This document shows positions 56,975 through 64,000 of a stretch of 64,000 bases of DNA, piece by piece. Made by a program: the position numbers and the translations under genes. Origin of the DNA: Candidatus Saccharibacteria bacterium RIFCSPHIGHO2_12_FULL_41_12 (GTDB taxonomy: Bacteria > Patescibacteriota > Saccharimonadia > Saccharimonadales > 2-12-FULL-41-12). The stretch spans positions 150,500 through 214,499 of the forward strand of contig MGCQ01000009.1 in NCBI GenBank assembly GCA_001790445.1. The letters run 5' to 3'. Within the stretch, counting starts at the first letter, position 1. Each line of letters opens with the position of its first letter. A model generated the notes under the pieces. The model searched no databases, was not told where the DNA came from, and saw only the letters and a program-made list of their open reading frames with translations.

Positions 56975-57946
56975 ATGACTTTAAGTCGCAGAGTGTATGG
57001 ATTTTTGATTATAGTGTTAACGTGCTTAGGGCTTGCGTTTGTGGTGGCATCAGCCCAAGAGCAAAATAGCGGCAGTGGGCTACAAATATCACCGACTAGA
57101 TCAGAGGTTACTGCTTCACCGGGTGAGCAGAAGACAATATCAATAATTCTAAAGAACGTGACACAGGGTGATGTTCTAGCTAAAGTATCCCTGAATGATT
57201 TTGAGTCAGACAATGTATCAGGTACTCCACAGATAATCGTAGATACTAAGAAGCGAACACCTTATACAATCAACTCTATGCTCAAAGACATGCGAGACGT
57301 TGAGCTAAAAAAGGGTGAAACAAAAGAAGTAAAACTAACAATTGATGTCCCGTCTAACGCAGCCCCAGGTGCATATTTTGGAGCTATTCGATATGCGGCG
57401 AACCCTAAAGGAGCAACAGAATTACCTGAAGGACAACGACAAGTGGCTCTAACTGCTAGTGTCGCTCACCTCGTATTTGTAGAGGTTCCTGGTGATATAA
57501 CACAACAAATTCAAATAGAGAGCTTAGACATACATAAGGATAATAAGAAATCATCTTTCTTCTTTAAAGCCCCTAACAAATCATCTATAAAGATAAAGAA
57601 CAAGGGCAATGGGTTTTCTAGACCGTTTGGCCAAGTATCTATCAAGAGTCCTTTTGGTAAAGAAGTCTATAGTTATGAAGTAAACAATTTTGACCCAAGG
57701 CGAACAATCTTGCCGAACTCTTCAAGAGTATTTATAGATGATATCAAGAACGTCAAAATTCCTGGTAAGTACAAAGTCATTGGTTCAGTGGCATATGGTG
57801 ACGGTGGTGAGGTTATTAACTACGAAACTTCTTTCTGGTATGTGCCTACTTGGTTGTTCATACTGATCATAGCGCTTATTGCAGGTATAGTTGGGTTGAG
57901 CTACTATATCTACCGCAAAAGGCTTTCTTACAAAAAGAAACGATAA
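56975..57946 (+). CDS. DUF916/DUF3324-like (CscA/Duf-type) cell-surface protein with C-terminal TM anchor
   Basis: I prefer ATG 56975 (MTLSRRVYGF; SD AAGGGGAG) over the track's 56912. Signal peptide. GLQISPTRSEVTASPGEQKTISIILKNVTQGDV is an Ig-like/chaperone-like N-domain. RRTILPNSSRVFIDDIKNVKIPGKYKV resembles the DUF3324 APNS....L..GKY block. TM WLFILIIALIAGIVGLSYYIY is followed by RKRLSYKKKR. Confidence 0.55.
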   Translation: MTLSRRVYGFLIIVLTCLGLAFVVASAQEQNSGSGLQISPTRSEVTASPGEQKTISIILKNVTQGDVLAKVSLNDFESDNVSGTPQIIVDTKKRTPYTINSMLKDMRDVELKKGETKEVKLTIDVPSNAAPGAYFGAIRYAANPKGATELPEGQRQVALTASVAHLVFVEVPGDITQQIQIESLDIHKDNKKSSFFFKAPNKSSIKIKNKGNGFSRPFGQVSIKSPFGKEVYSYEVNNFDPRRTILPNSSRVFIDDIKNVKIPGKYKVIGSVAYGDGGEVINYETSFWYVPTWLFILIIALIAGIVGLSYYIYRKRLSYKKKR

Positions 57947-58015
57947 GGTAGATAGCAAAACTTTAGTAGAGTATAATACAAGGGATAGTATTAAAGGTTG
58001 GGAGTGCTGTTACCG

Positions 58016-58891
58016 ATGCCAAGCATAGTAAAAAATCTTAAGACATTGGCTTGCTGTCTCTCATTGCTCCTGAGCGTGTTAATAGTCTCACCTTTGGTAG
58101 TGAACGCAGCACAGGACTCTGGCTCTACAGGGCTAGAAGGTCGGATCAGTGCACCTGCACCAACAACAGCCGCCACAATTTCTTTCCCTAGATCGGGGAC
58201 GGTCGTCACGGATTCAGTAATTACGGTTACTGGTCTTTGTCCGTCAGGCACTATAATAAAAATCTTTAAAAACAATGTTTTCGCAGGTTCTGCTCAATGT
58301 ATAAGAGGTAGCTTCTCTGTCCAGATAGACCTGTTTAGTGGTCAAAATGATTTGATAGTGCGTGTATACGATGATTTAGATCAAGCTGGGCCTGATTCGG
58401 CGGTTGTAACTGTTAACTACAATTCGCCCAACAATAATGTGGCAGCCAGAGTGTCACTGACTTCAAATTTCGCTAAAAGAGGTGCTAACCCCAACGAAAC
58501 TTTGATATGGCCACTGGCTATAAGTGGTGGTGATGGGCCTTATGCTATAAGTGTTGACTGGGGTGACGGGTCTACACCTAGCATAATCAGTCTGCAATTT
58601 GCTGGGAATTTTAATATTTCGCATGTATACGCTCAGCCCGGTGTTTACACAGTTATTGTTAGAGCTGTTGATAAAAATGGTAGTGTAGCATTTTTGCAAT
58701 TGGTTGGTGTGGCAAATGGTGCATCGGGCCAAGATTCTGCAAAAGGTGGAGTTACCCAAAATAACAACACCAAAAACACTAAAATAATTTGGTGGCCATT
58801 GGTAGGAATAATTCCTTTGATGTTGCTGGCTTTTTGGTTTGGCAAGAGACATCAACTCTTTGTTCTCAAAAAGCGCATAGACCAACTGTAA
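58016..58891 (+). CDS. Surface protein with Ig-like + PKD domain and C-terminal TM anchor
   Basis: The track starts at TTG 57998. ATG 58016 (MPSIVKNL) is preceded by GGGAG. Signal peptide. PKD-like VDWGDGSTPSII...HVYAQPGVYTVIVRAVDKNG. C-terminal TM IIWWPLVGIIPLMLLAFWF followed by GKRH. Confidence 0.6.
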   Translation: MPSIVKNLKTLACCLSLLLSVLIVSPLVVNAAQDSGSTGLEGRISAPAPTTAATISFPRSGTVVTDSVITVTGLCPSGTIIKIFKNNVFAGSAQCIRGSFSVQIDLFSGQNDLIVRVYDDLDQAGPDSAVVTVNYNSPNNNVAARVSLTSNFAKRGANPNETLIWPLAISGGDGPYAISVDWGDGSTPSIISLQFAGNFNISHVYAQPGVYTVIVRAVDKNGSVAFLQLVGVANGASGQDSAKGGVTQNNNTKNTKIIWWPLVGIIPLMLLAFWFGKRHQLFVLKKRIDQL

Positions 58892-58895
58892 AACC

Positions 58896-58982
58896 TCAGA
58901 GGAGGGAAAACCCTGGCGGGATCGGGATCCTCCCTTTCCAAGGTAATCAACAATTAAGACACACGTAATTATTGTTGATTAA
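58896..58982 (+). terminator. Post-stop hairpin motif, family-2 repeat, copy 2
   Basis: GGAGGGAAAACCC (58901-58913) and GATCCTCCCTTTCC (58926-58939), then the AT-rich hairpin AATCAACAATTA...TAATTATTGTTGATT. Confidence 0.35.
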
Positions 58983-59007
58983 GTAAAATTACTGAGATGA
59001 CAAATGG

Positions 59008-59013
59008 TAGAAT
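59008..59013 (+). promoter_or_regulatory. -10 box TAGAAT, 6 nt before mnmA ATG 59020
   Basis: aaTGgTAGAATtaatagATG (extended -10). Confidence 0.5.
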
Positions 59014-59019
59014 TAATAG

Positions 59020-60129
59020 ATGAAGGTTTATGTAGGATTATCTGGTGGTGTCGACTCGTCCGTTACCGCTGCGTTGCTTAAAGAACAAGGGCACGACGTC
59101 ACTGGCGTGTTTATGAAAAACTGGGCAACTGATTTGCCAGGTTTTGCCTGCCCCTGGAAAGATGATTACATGGATGCCAAGCGTGTGGCCGTGCATTTGG
59201 GGATTGACTTTAAAATGTATGATTTCCGGAAGCAGTACAAGCAAAAAGTGGTCGATTACATGATCGCAGAGTACAAAGCAGGGCGCACGCCTAATCCTGA
59301 CATTATGTGTAACCAAGAAGTTAAATTCAAACTTTTTTTGGAAACTGCGATAGAAGACGGTGCAGAGGTGATTGCGACTGGTCACTACGCCAGAATCATG
59401 GATTCTGCAAGCACTAAATCCGAAGCACGAAATCCTAAACAAGCACTAAATCCGAAGCACGGAACTTTAAACATTTCAAAATTGTACAAAGCGAAAAATA
59501 AGGAGAAGGATCAGACGTATTTTTTGTATAGGGTGACAGAGAAGGCATTATCTAAAACATTGATGCCAATAGGGGATTTTGCGACCAAGAAAGAAGTTAG
59601 AGATTTGGCCAAGAAGTTTGGCTTGCCAACTGCAGACAAAAAAGATTCCCAAGGGATATGTTTTGTCGGCAAGGTTGGGATTCGTGAGTTTTTGCAACAA
59701 TATGTCTCGTCCAAGCAGGGATCAATAATAGATCAAGATGGTAAAGAGATTGGCAAACACGACGGAGCTATTTTCTACACCATTGGGCAGAGGACAGGGC
59801 TCGGCGTAGGTGGCGGGATGCCTTATTATGTAGTCGCCAAGGACATGGATAAAAACCAGGTGATCGTCAATACGGATCTCACAGACAAGAGACTCTGGCT
59901 TAATGATTTTGAAATCTCGGATGTGCACTGGATTGGCGATGAGCCAGATTTGAGCCAAGAATACGACGTTTGCCATCGTTACCGCGCACCGTCTACCAAG
60001 GCCAGATTCAGTGAATCAAAACACGGCCTCAAAGTATCTCTTGTCGAACCAGTCAGAGCCATAACCCCTGGTCAATCAATAGTCATCTACAATAAAGACC
60101 AAGTCCTCGGCGGCGGAATTATAGCCTAA
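59020..60129 (+). CDS. mnmA: tRNA 2-thiouridine(34) synthase
   Basis: 369 aa. MKVYVGLSGGVDSSV (PP-loop), NPDIMCN, ATGHYAR, KDQTYFL, DSQGICFVG. Confidence 0.9.
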   Translation: MKVYVGLSGGVDSSVTAALLKEQGHDVTGVFMKNWATDLPGFACPWKDDYMDAKRVAVHLGIDFKMYDFRKQYKQKVVDYMIAEYKAGRTPNPDIMCNQEVKFKLFLETAIEDGAEVIATGHYARIMDSASTKSEARNPKQALNPKHGTLNISKLYKAKNKEKDQTYFLYRVTEKALSKTLMPIGDFATKKEVRDLAKKFGLPTADKKDSQGICFVGKVGIREFLQQYVSSKQGSIIDQDGKEIGKHDGAIFYTIGQRTGLGVGGGMPYYVVAKDMDKNQVIVNTDLTDKRLWLNDFEISDVHWIGDEPDLSQEYDVCHRYRAPSTKARFSESKHGLKVSLVEPVRAITPGQSIVIYNKDQVLGGGIIA

Positions 60130-60208
60130 GTTCGGGTTATAGCCTAAGTTCGGATTATAGTCATACTATAATAATAAATTCTAAAATCTCAACCTATCGT
60201 GTGAATAA

Positions 60209-60790
60209 TTAGAATTTTGTTTTAGGCATTTGTTTTTGAAATCTTTTGATAAGAACTTTGTCATTGTCAATATTTATTGCTTCAACGTAGCTTACATACT
60301 TTGCAACATTGTATGTCGTACAGACTTCCTCTACAGTTGGACGGCACGGTAGAGGGTGTACCCACACGCTTTTTTGGAGCTGAAAAAATCCAAGATTCCT
60401 GAGTTTACCTGTCAGTGCACGTCTTCCAGAACCTTGCTTCTCAGGGATGTCGTACATAACTAGCCGCCATTTCTTGTCCCATTTTTGTTTGCCAGGTATA
60501 GTTAGATTGCTAAAGTTATTATTAGTGTGTCTGAGCTTACCCTTTTTTGTAATCCGTAACCCGTGCTCATACTCTCCAGCGAGGTAACCTTGAGCTTTCA
60601 TGTAGTATATTACTCTTTTTATCTCACGTGCGCGCTGTCTCTCGTCAAATTTTTTGTAATATTTTTGTAAAGGTTTGTCCAGAGCTAGGACGATATTCGG
60701 AGCTACAATAACAGATCCAATAGCAGAAGTAGTAATAACGAATTTTAAAACGTGATCTAACATTTTCGCAGTATTTTGATTCTTATTCAT
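60209..60790 (-). CDS. PaaX-like regulator (wHTH + Cas2/VapD-fold C-domain)
   Basis: 193 aa. WDKKWRLVMYDIPEKQGSGRRALTGKLRNLGFFQLQKSVWVHP follows the PaaX C-domain pattern (WdG.W.lv.y.iPe..r..R..lr..L...Gf..l..svW). Confidence 0.5.
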   Translation of the reverse strand: MNKNQNTAKMLDHVLKFVITTSAIGSVIVAPNIVLALDKPLQKYYKKFDERQRAREIKRVIYYMKAQGYLAGEYEHGLRITKKGKLRHTNNNFSNLTIPGKQKWDKKWRLVMYDIPEKQGSGRRALTGKLRNLGFFQLQKSVWVHPLPCRPTVEEVCTTYNVAKYVSYVEAINIDNDKVLIKRFQKQMPKTKF

Positions 60791-60875
60791 TCTAATATTT
60801 TACACGATCGGTTAAGAAATTAGAAGAATTTAGAATATTTAATTTCTTCAAGGTCAGCGAGAATATGGGTTCTGG

Positions 60876-60881
60876 TACACT
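60876..60881 (+). promoter_or_regulatory. -10 box TACACT, 6 nt before ATG 60888
   Basis: tcTGgTACACTaaatacATG (extended -10). Confidence 0.4.
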
Positions 60882-60887
60882 AAATAC

Positions 60888-61337
60888 ATGAGCAAAATGG
60901 TTAGGGTTGGTGTCGGGGTTTTTGTCATTCGTGGTGGCAAGTTTATTATTGGCAAGCGCAAGGGCTCTCATGGCGCGGGTACGTGGGCGCTGACAGGTGG
61001 ACATATGGAATTTGGTGAATCTATTGAAGATACCGCCCGGCGAGAAGTCATGGAAGAGGCAGGCGTGAAAATCAAGAACATCAGATACGTTGGCATGACT
61101 AATGACGCTGAAGGCTATAAAAATAAAGGCAGGCACTATGTCAATCTTTATGTTGTGGCCGATTGGGCAAGTGGTGAACCGCGCGAAACGGAGCCAGATA
61201 AATTTGTAAATATTCACTGGTGTGATTTTGAGACTTTGCCAACCCCACGATTTGTTGTCTGGGAGAAACTTTTCAAAGCTGATTTTTTGAGTGACATTAA
61301 GAAAGCCCTCAAAGGCTCATCTCGTGATAAAATATAA
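60888..61337 (+). CDS. NUDIX hydrolase
   Basis: 149 aa. The Nudix box is GGHMEFGESIEDTARREVMEEAGV. Confidence 0.85.
   Translation: MSKMVRVGVGVFVIRGGKFIIGKRKGSHGAGTWALTGGHMEFGESIEDTARREVMEEAGVKIKNIRYVGMTNDAEGYKNKGRHYVNLYVVADWASGEPRETEPDKFVNIHWCDFETLPTPRFVVWEKLFKADFLSDIKKALKGSSRDKI
61328..61333 (+). promoter_or_regulatory. -10 box TAAAAT, 7 nt before alaS ATG 61341
   Basis: cgTGaTAAAATataaccaATG. It lies inside the 3' end of the NUDIX gene. Confidence 0.4.
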
Positions 61338-61340
61338 CCA

Positions 61341-63272
61341 ATGACAACGCAAGAAATTAGACGTAAATATTTAGAGTTTTTTAAATCAAAACAGCACAAA
61401 GCGATTGAACGGGCTAGTTTGTATCTAAAAGACGACCCGACGACGTTGTTTACTGGTTCTGGGATGCAGCCACTGATCCCGTATCTGCTGGGCAAGCAGC
61501 ATCCTAAAGGAACTCGGCTGGTTAACAGCCAAACGTGTTTTCGTGGTGTAGACGCAGACGAGGTTGGCGATAATCGGCATACGACTTTCTTTGAAATGCT
61601 TGGCAACTGGTCTCTTGGCGATTATTTTAAAAAAGAACAGGTCGCTTGGTTCTTTGAATTTCTAGTAGATGAAGTTGGACTTGATCCTAACAAACTATAC
61701 GTGTCATGTTTTATTGGCAGTAAAGAGCACGGTATCCCTAGGGATGAAGAAACAGCCAAAATCTGGCAAGAGCTCTTTGAGTCTAAGGGTATCGACGCAA
61801 AAATAGTTGAAATTGGCAGTGCAAAAGATGGAGATAAACTAGGTATCAAGCCTGGCGAGAGGATATTTTTCTACGATGATAATGAGAACTGGTGGAGCCG
61901 TAATGGCGGGCTAGATACAACGCCAGTTGGTGATCCTTGCGGTCCTGACAGTGAAGTATTTTATGACTTTGGCGAGCAGAATCACGACACCAGCTTTGGT
62001 CAGGCACATCCAGCTAGCGAGTCAGGGCGATTTATGGAAACTGGCAACCAAGTTTTTATGGAATATCGTCGCACAGAAAAGGGTTTTGAGCCTTTAGCCA
62101 AGAAAAATGTAGATTTTGGCGGAGGTTTGGAGCGAATCGCAGCTGCCGCAATTAATTCCCCAGATATTTTTAACATAAGTTTGTTAAAACCGATTATCGA
62201 AAAACTAGAGGGATTATCCGGCAAAAAATATGACGAACATACAGAAAGTATGCGGGTGATTGCTGATCATCTGCGTGGTGCAACATTTTTATCGGTTGAC
62301 GGCGTAGAACCAAGCAACAAAGAGCAAGGTTACGTTATGCGTCGTATAATTCGCCGGGCGATGGTTAAGGCCCATGATCTGGGTATACAGCAGAACTTTC
62401 TGCAAGAAGTTGTGCCAGTTATTGCAGATCTGTACCACGATGACTTCCCAGAAGTTGCCAAAAACCGAGAAAAGATTATCGACACGTTAGTTAAAGAAGA
62501 AGAAGCCTTCCGACAAACTCTCCGCAAAGGTTTACACGAGTTTGGAAAACTAGTGGGTGCTCATTGGGATTCTTTTGGTTGGGATGAAAAGCATTGGGAC
62601 CAGCCTGATCAAGCACTAGGTGGTGATATTATTTTTAGACTATATGACACCTATGGATTTCCTATAGAGCTTACCAAAGAAGAAGCTATCAAGCGTGAGA
62701 TAAAAATTGCTGATGATGCAGACAGGGTTTTCGACAAACTAATGAAAGAGCAGCGGGAACGGTCGCAGACGGCTGGCAAGGGTGTATTCAAGGGCGGACT
62801 GGCGGATCACTCTGAGGATACTAAGAAGCATCACACAGCGACGCATTTGATGTATGAGGCACTCAGGCGGGTATTAGGTGATCATGTGGTTCAAAGGGGT
62901 TCTAAAGTCACAGCAGATAGAACTCGTTTTGATTTCTCACATCCTGAGAAAATGACAGATGAACAAAAGCAGAAAGTAGAACAAATTGTCAACGAACAGA
63001 TAGCCAAAGACCTAAAAGTATCATTTGCAGAATATAAGACAGACGAGGCCTTCAAAATGGGCGCCAAAGGCGCCTTTGGTGACAAATATGGCGACACGGT
63101 CAAAGTTTATACAATGGGTAAGGATGGCGAAAAACCATTTTCTATAGAAATATGTGGAGGTCCTCACGTTGATCATACAGGGCAACTTGGGGAAGGTGGA
63201 AAACACTTCAAAATAACCAAAGAAGAATCCTCCTCCGCCGGAGTCCGCCGCATCAAAGCCAGCCTGTTGTAA
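61341..63272 (+). CDS. alaS: Alanine--tRNA ligase, short form lacking the C-terminal C-Ala/DHHA1 domain
   Basis: 643 aa. MTTQEIRRKYLEFFKSKQHK, FTGSGMQPL, RHTTFFEMLGNWS. The editing-domain motifs are HTATHLMYEALRRVLG and ICGGPHV. The protein ends soon after the editing domain. Confidence 0.9.
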   Translation: MTTQEIRRKYLEFFKSKQHKAIERASLYLKDDPTTLFTGSGMQPLIPYLLGKQHPKGTRLVNSQTCFRGVDADEVGDNRHTTFFEMLGNWSLGDYFKKEQVAWFFEFLVDEVGLDPNKLYVSCFIGSKEHGIPRDEETAKIWQELFESKGIDAKIVEIGSAKDGDKLGIKPGERIFFYDDNENWWSRNGGLDTTPVGDPCGPDSEVFYDFGEQNHDTSFGQAHPASESGRFMETGNQVFMEYRRTEKGFEPLAKKNVDFGGGLERIAAAAINSPDIFNISLLKPIIEKLEGLSGKKYDEHTESMRVIADHLRGATFLSVDGVEPSNKEQGYVMRRIIRRAMVKAHDLGIQQNFLQEVVPVIADLYHDDFPEVAKNREKIIDTLVKEEEAFRQTLRKGLHEFGKLVGAHWDSFGWDEKHWDQPDQALGGDIIFRLYDTYGFPIELTKEEAIKREIKIADDADRVFDKLMKEQRERSQTAGKGVFKGGLADHSEDTKKHHTATHLMYEALRRVLGDHVVQRGSKVTADRTRFDFSHPEKMTDEQKQKVEQIVNEQIAKDLKVSFAEYKTDEAFKMGAKGAFGDKYGDTVKVYTMGKDGEKPFSIEICGGPHVDHTGQLGEGGKHFKITKEESSSAGVRRIKASLL

Positions 63273-63299
63273 ATTATTTATTATTAAAATAACGTCTGT

Positions 63300-63632
63300 G
63301 GAATCGGATCATGCCCGAAAAGAGAGCGTTACATGCCGGGAAACTTTCTGTTTCTCGGATTGCACTCCGCTTATACTCTCTTTTAAGGCATGATCCGATT
63401 CCATCAGGACTTAGAACCCCTACTTTGTTACAGATTTAATTCTCGCATCCTGGCTCACAAAAAAACTGATGAAAATGACTTTATGGCAAAGGACAGTTTT
63501 GAGGACTAGGGCTTGTCCCCGACCAAAGGGAGTCCCACAGAAACATCTTTTGGCAGGAAGTTATTTTCAATCACGTTTCTTTTGTAAGCCGAGTTTCTTT
63601 GCTTACTTTCTTAGTCGGTACAAGAAAGTAAG
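63300..63632 (+). repeat. Intergenic structured repeat element, half copy D
   Basis: 16-bp stem GGAATCGGATCATGCC (63300-63315) / GGCATGATCCGATTCC (63387-63402). Box GCACTCCGCTTATACTCT (63362-63379). Core GAGGACTAGGGCTTGTCCCCGACCAAAGGGAGTCCC (63501-63536). The terminal hairpin at 63603-63632 is identical to that of copy C. Confidence 0.8.
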
Positions 63633-63715
63633 ATATCAATAACAGAAAGATAATAATATACTAGCGGGGGATAGATTAAATAAAGTTTTGCCAAGAAAGA
63701 CATAAGAGACCAATC

Positions 63716-63724
63716 TGTTATAAT
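63716..63724 (+). promoter_or_regulatory. Extended -10 (TGtTATAAT), 7 nt before ftsA ATG 63732
   Basis: cTGtTATAATaaatcttATG. Confidence 0.45.
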
Positions 63725-63731
63725 AAATCTT

Positions 63732-64000
63732 ATGGTTAAGATATTTGATAAGGCAAATCAATTGTTTGGTTCTAGCAACCAGAAGTTGTTCGCCAAAGAA
63801 AACCACATACTAGCCCTAGACATCGGCACAGAGTTTGTGAAGGCTTTGATCGGCAAGGTAGCCAAAAATGGAGACATTGAGATTATTGGTGTCGGTCGCT
63901 ATCATCAAGAATTGTCAGATATGCAGGCTGGGGCTATTGCAGATATCAGCGGAGTGGTAGAGAACTGCAACCGCGCACTTGTTGACGCGGAAAATCAGGC
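63732..64000 (+). CDS. ftsA: Cell division protein FtsA (N-terminal fragment, continues past window)
   Basis: Not in the track because it is open at the window end. MVKIFDKANQLF...ILALDIGTEFVKALIGKVAKNGDIEIIGVGRYHQELSDMQAGAIADISGVVENCNRAL matches the actin-like FtsA N-terminus (LDIGT..VK, G.I.D). Confidence 0.75.
   Translation, partial: MVKIFDKANQLFGSSNQKLFAKENHILALDIGTEFVKALIGKVAKNGDIEIIGVGRYHQELSDMQAGAIADISGVVENCNRALVDAENQ

Noticed and set aside
60119-60160. Possible CRISPR-like repeat.
   Set aside because: There are only 2.3 directly adjacent 18-nt units with no spacers and no cas genes. It is a simple tandem duplication.
60792-61606. Minus-strand ORFs 60792-61217 (141 aa) and 61214-61606 (130 aa).
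   Set aside because: They are antisense to the NUDIX hydrolase and to the alaS 5' region, both of which have diagnostic motifs.

Overview
AT-rich, very gene-dense bacterial chromosome segment. Intergenic gaps are short and many start/stop codons overlap by 4 nt (ATGA). It reads cleanly with the standard genetic code. The gene content suggests a reduced monoderm genome, possibly Saccharibacteria/CPR-like, but this taxon guess is inference only. Supporting content: short MetRS and AlaRS, an LPXTG-anchored surface protein, an RpfB-like wall hydrolase, a pyk-pgk-tpiA block and many orphan secreted or membrane proteins.

Layout:
- 1-3947 (-): copper operon csoR / HMA-permease-cupredoxin fusion / copA. 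copA runs off the window edge and is missing from the ORF track.
- 4002-5387 (-): Nramp transporter.
- 5508-10529 (-): alpha-glucan block (GH15, GH57, glycosyltransferase, histidine phosphatase).
- 10.6-12.3 kb: small orphans (CYTH-like, CheD-like).
- 12446-15787: folD, then murD overlapping a PP-loop-like candidate MurL.
- 15880-21038 (+): vWA-like / MoxR-like / unknown triad, a Gly/Pro-rich lipoprotein and an LPXTG-PKD protein.
- 21.2-23.3 kb: repeat element, tRNA-like remnant, tRNA-Glu and Fic.
- 23336-32534 (+): pyk, pgk, tpiA, pcrA, rpfB-like, rsmA, MarR.
- 34635-35046 (-): tmRNA, found by hand.
- 35135-40380 (+): TerC-like, metG, tatD, cysteine desulfurase.
- 41172-45167 (+): giant SGNH surface protein.
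- 45255-51144 (+): F1-like ATPase operon with no a or c subunit.
- 52843-58891 (+): WxL/Csc-like surface-protein cluster.
- 59020-64000: mnmA, PaaX-like, NUDIX, alaS, ftsA (partial).

Most interesting observations:
1. The ATPase operon has one ORF where atpB/atpE normally sit. That ORF carries a carboxylate-less c-subunit-like hairpin fused to an extracytoplasmic domain.
2. A five- to six-gene cluster has the architecture of Firmicute WxL/Csc loci, but with a Y-I-A-x-x-F C-terminus.
3. A family of roughly 330-440 nt intergenic elements has four copies in the window, bounded by ACTTTCTTGT/ACAAGAAAGT hairpins. Several helices appear to covary between copies.
4. The -10 box sits 6-7 nt upstream of the ATG at many first genes, which suggests leaderless mRNAs.

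No rRNA, CRISPR array, transposase or integrase was seen.
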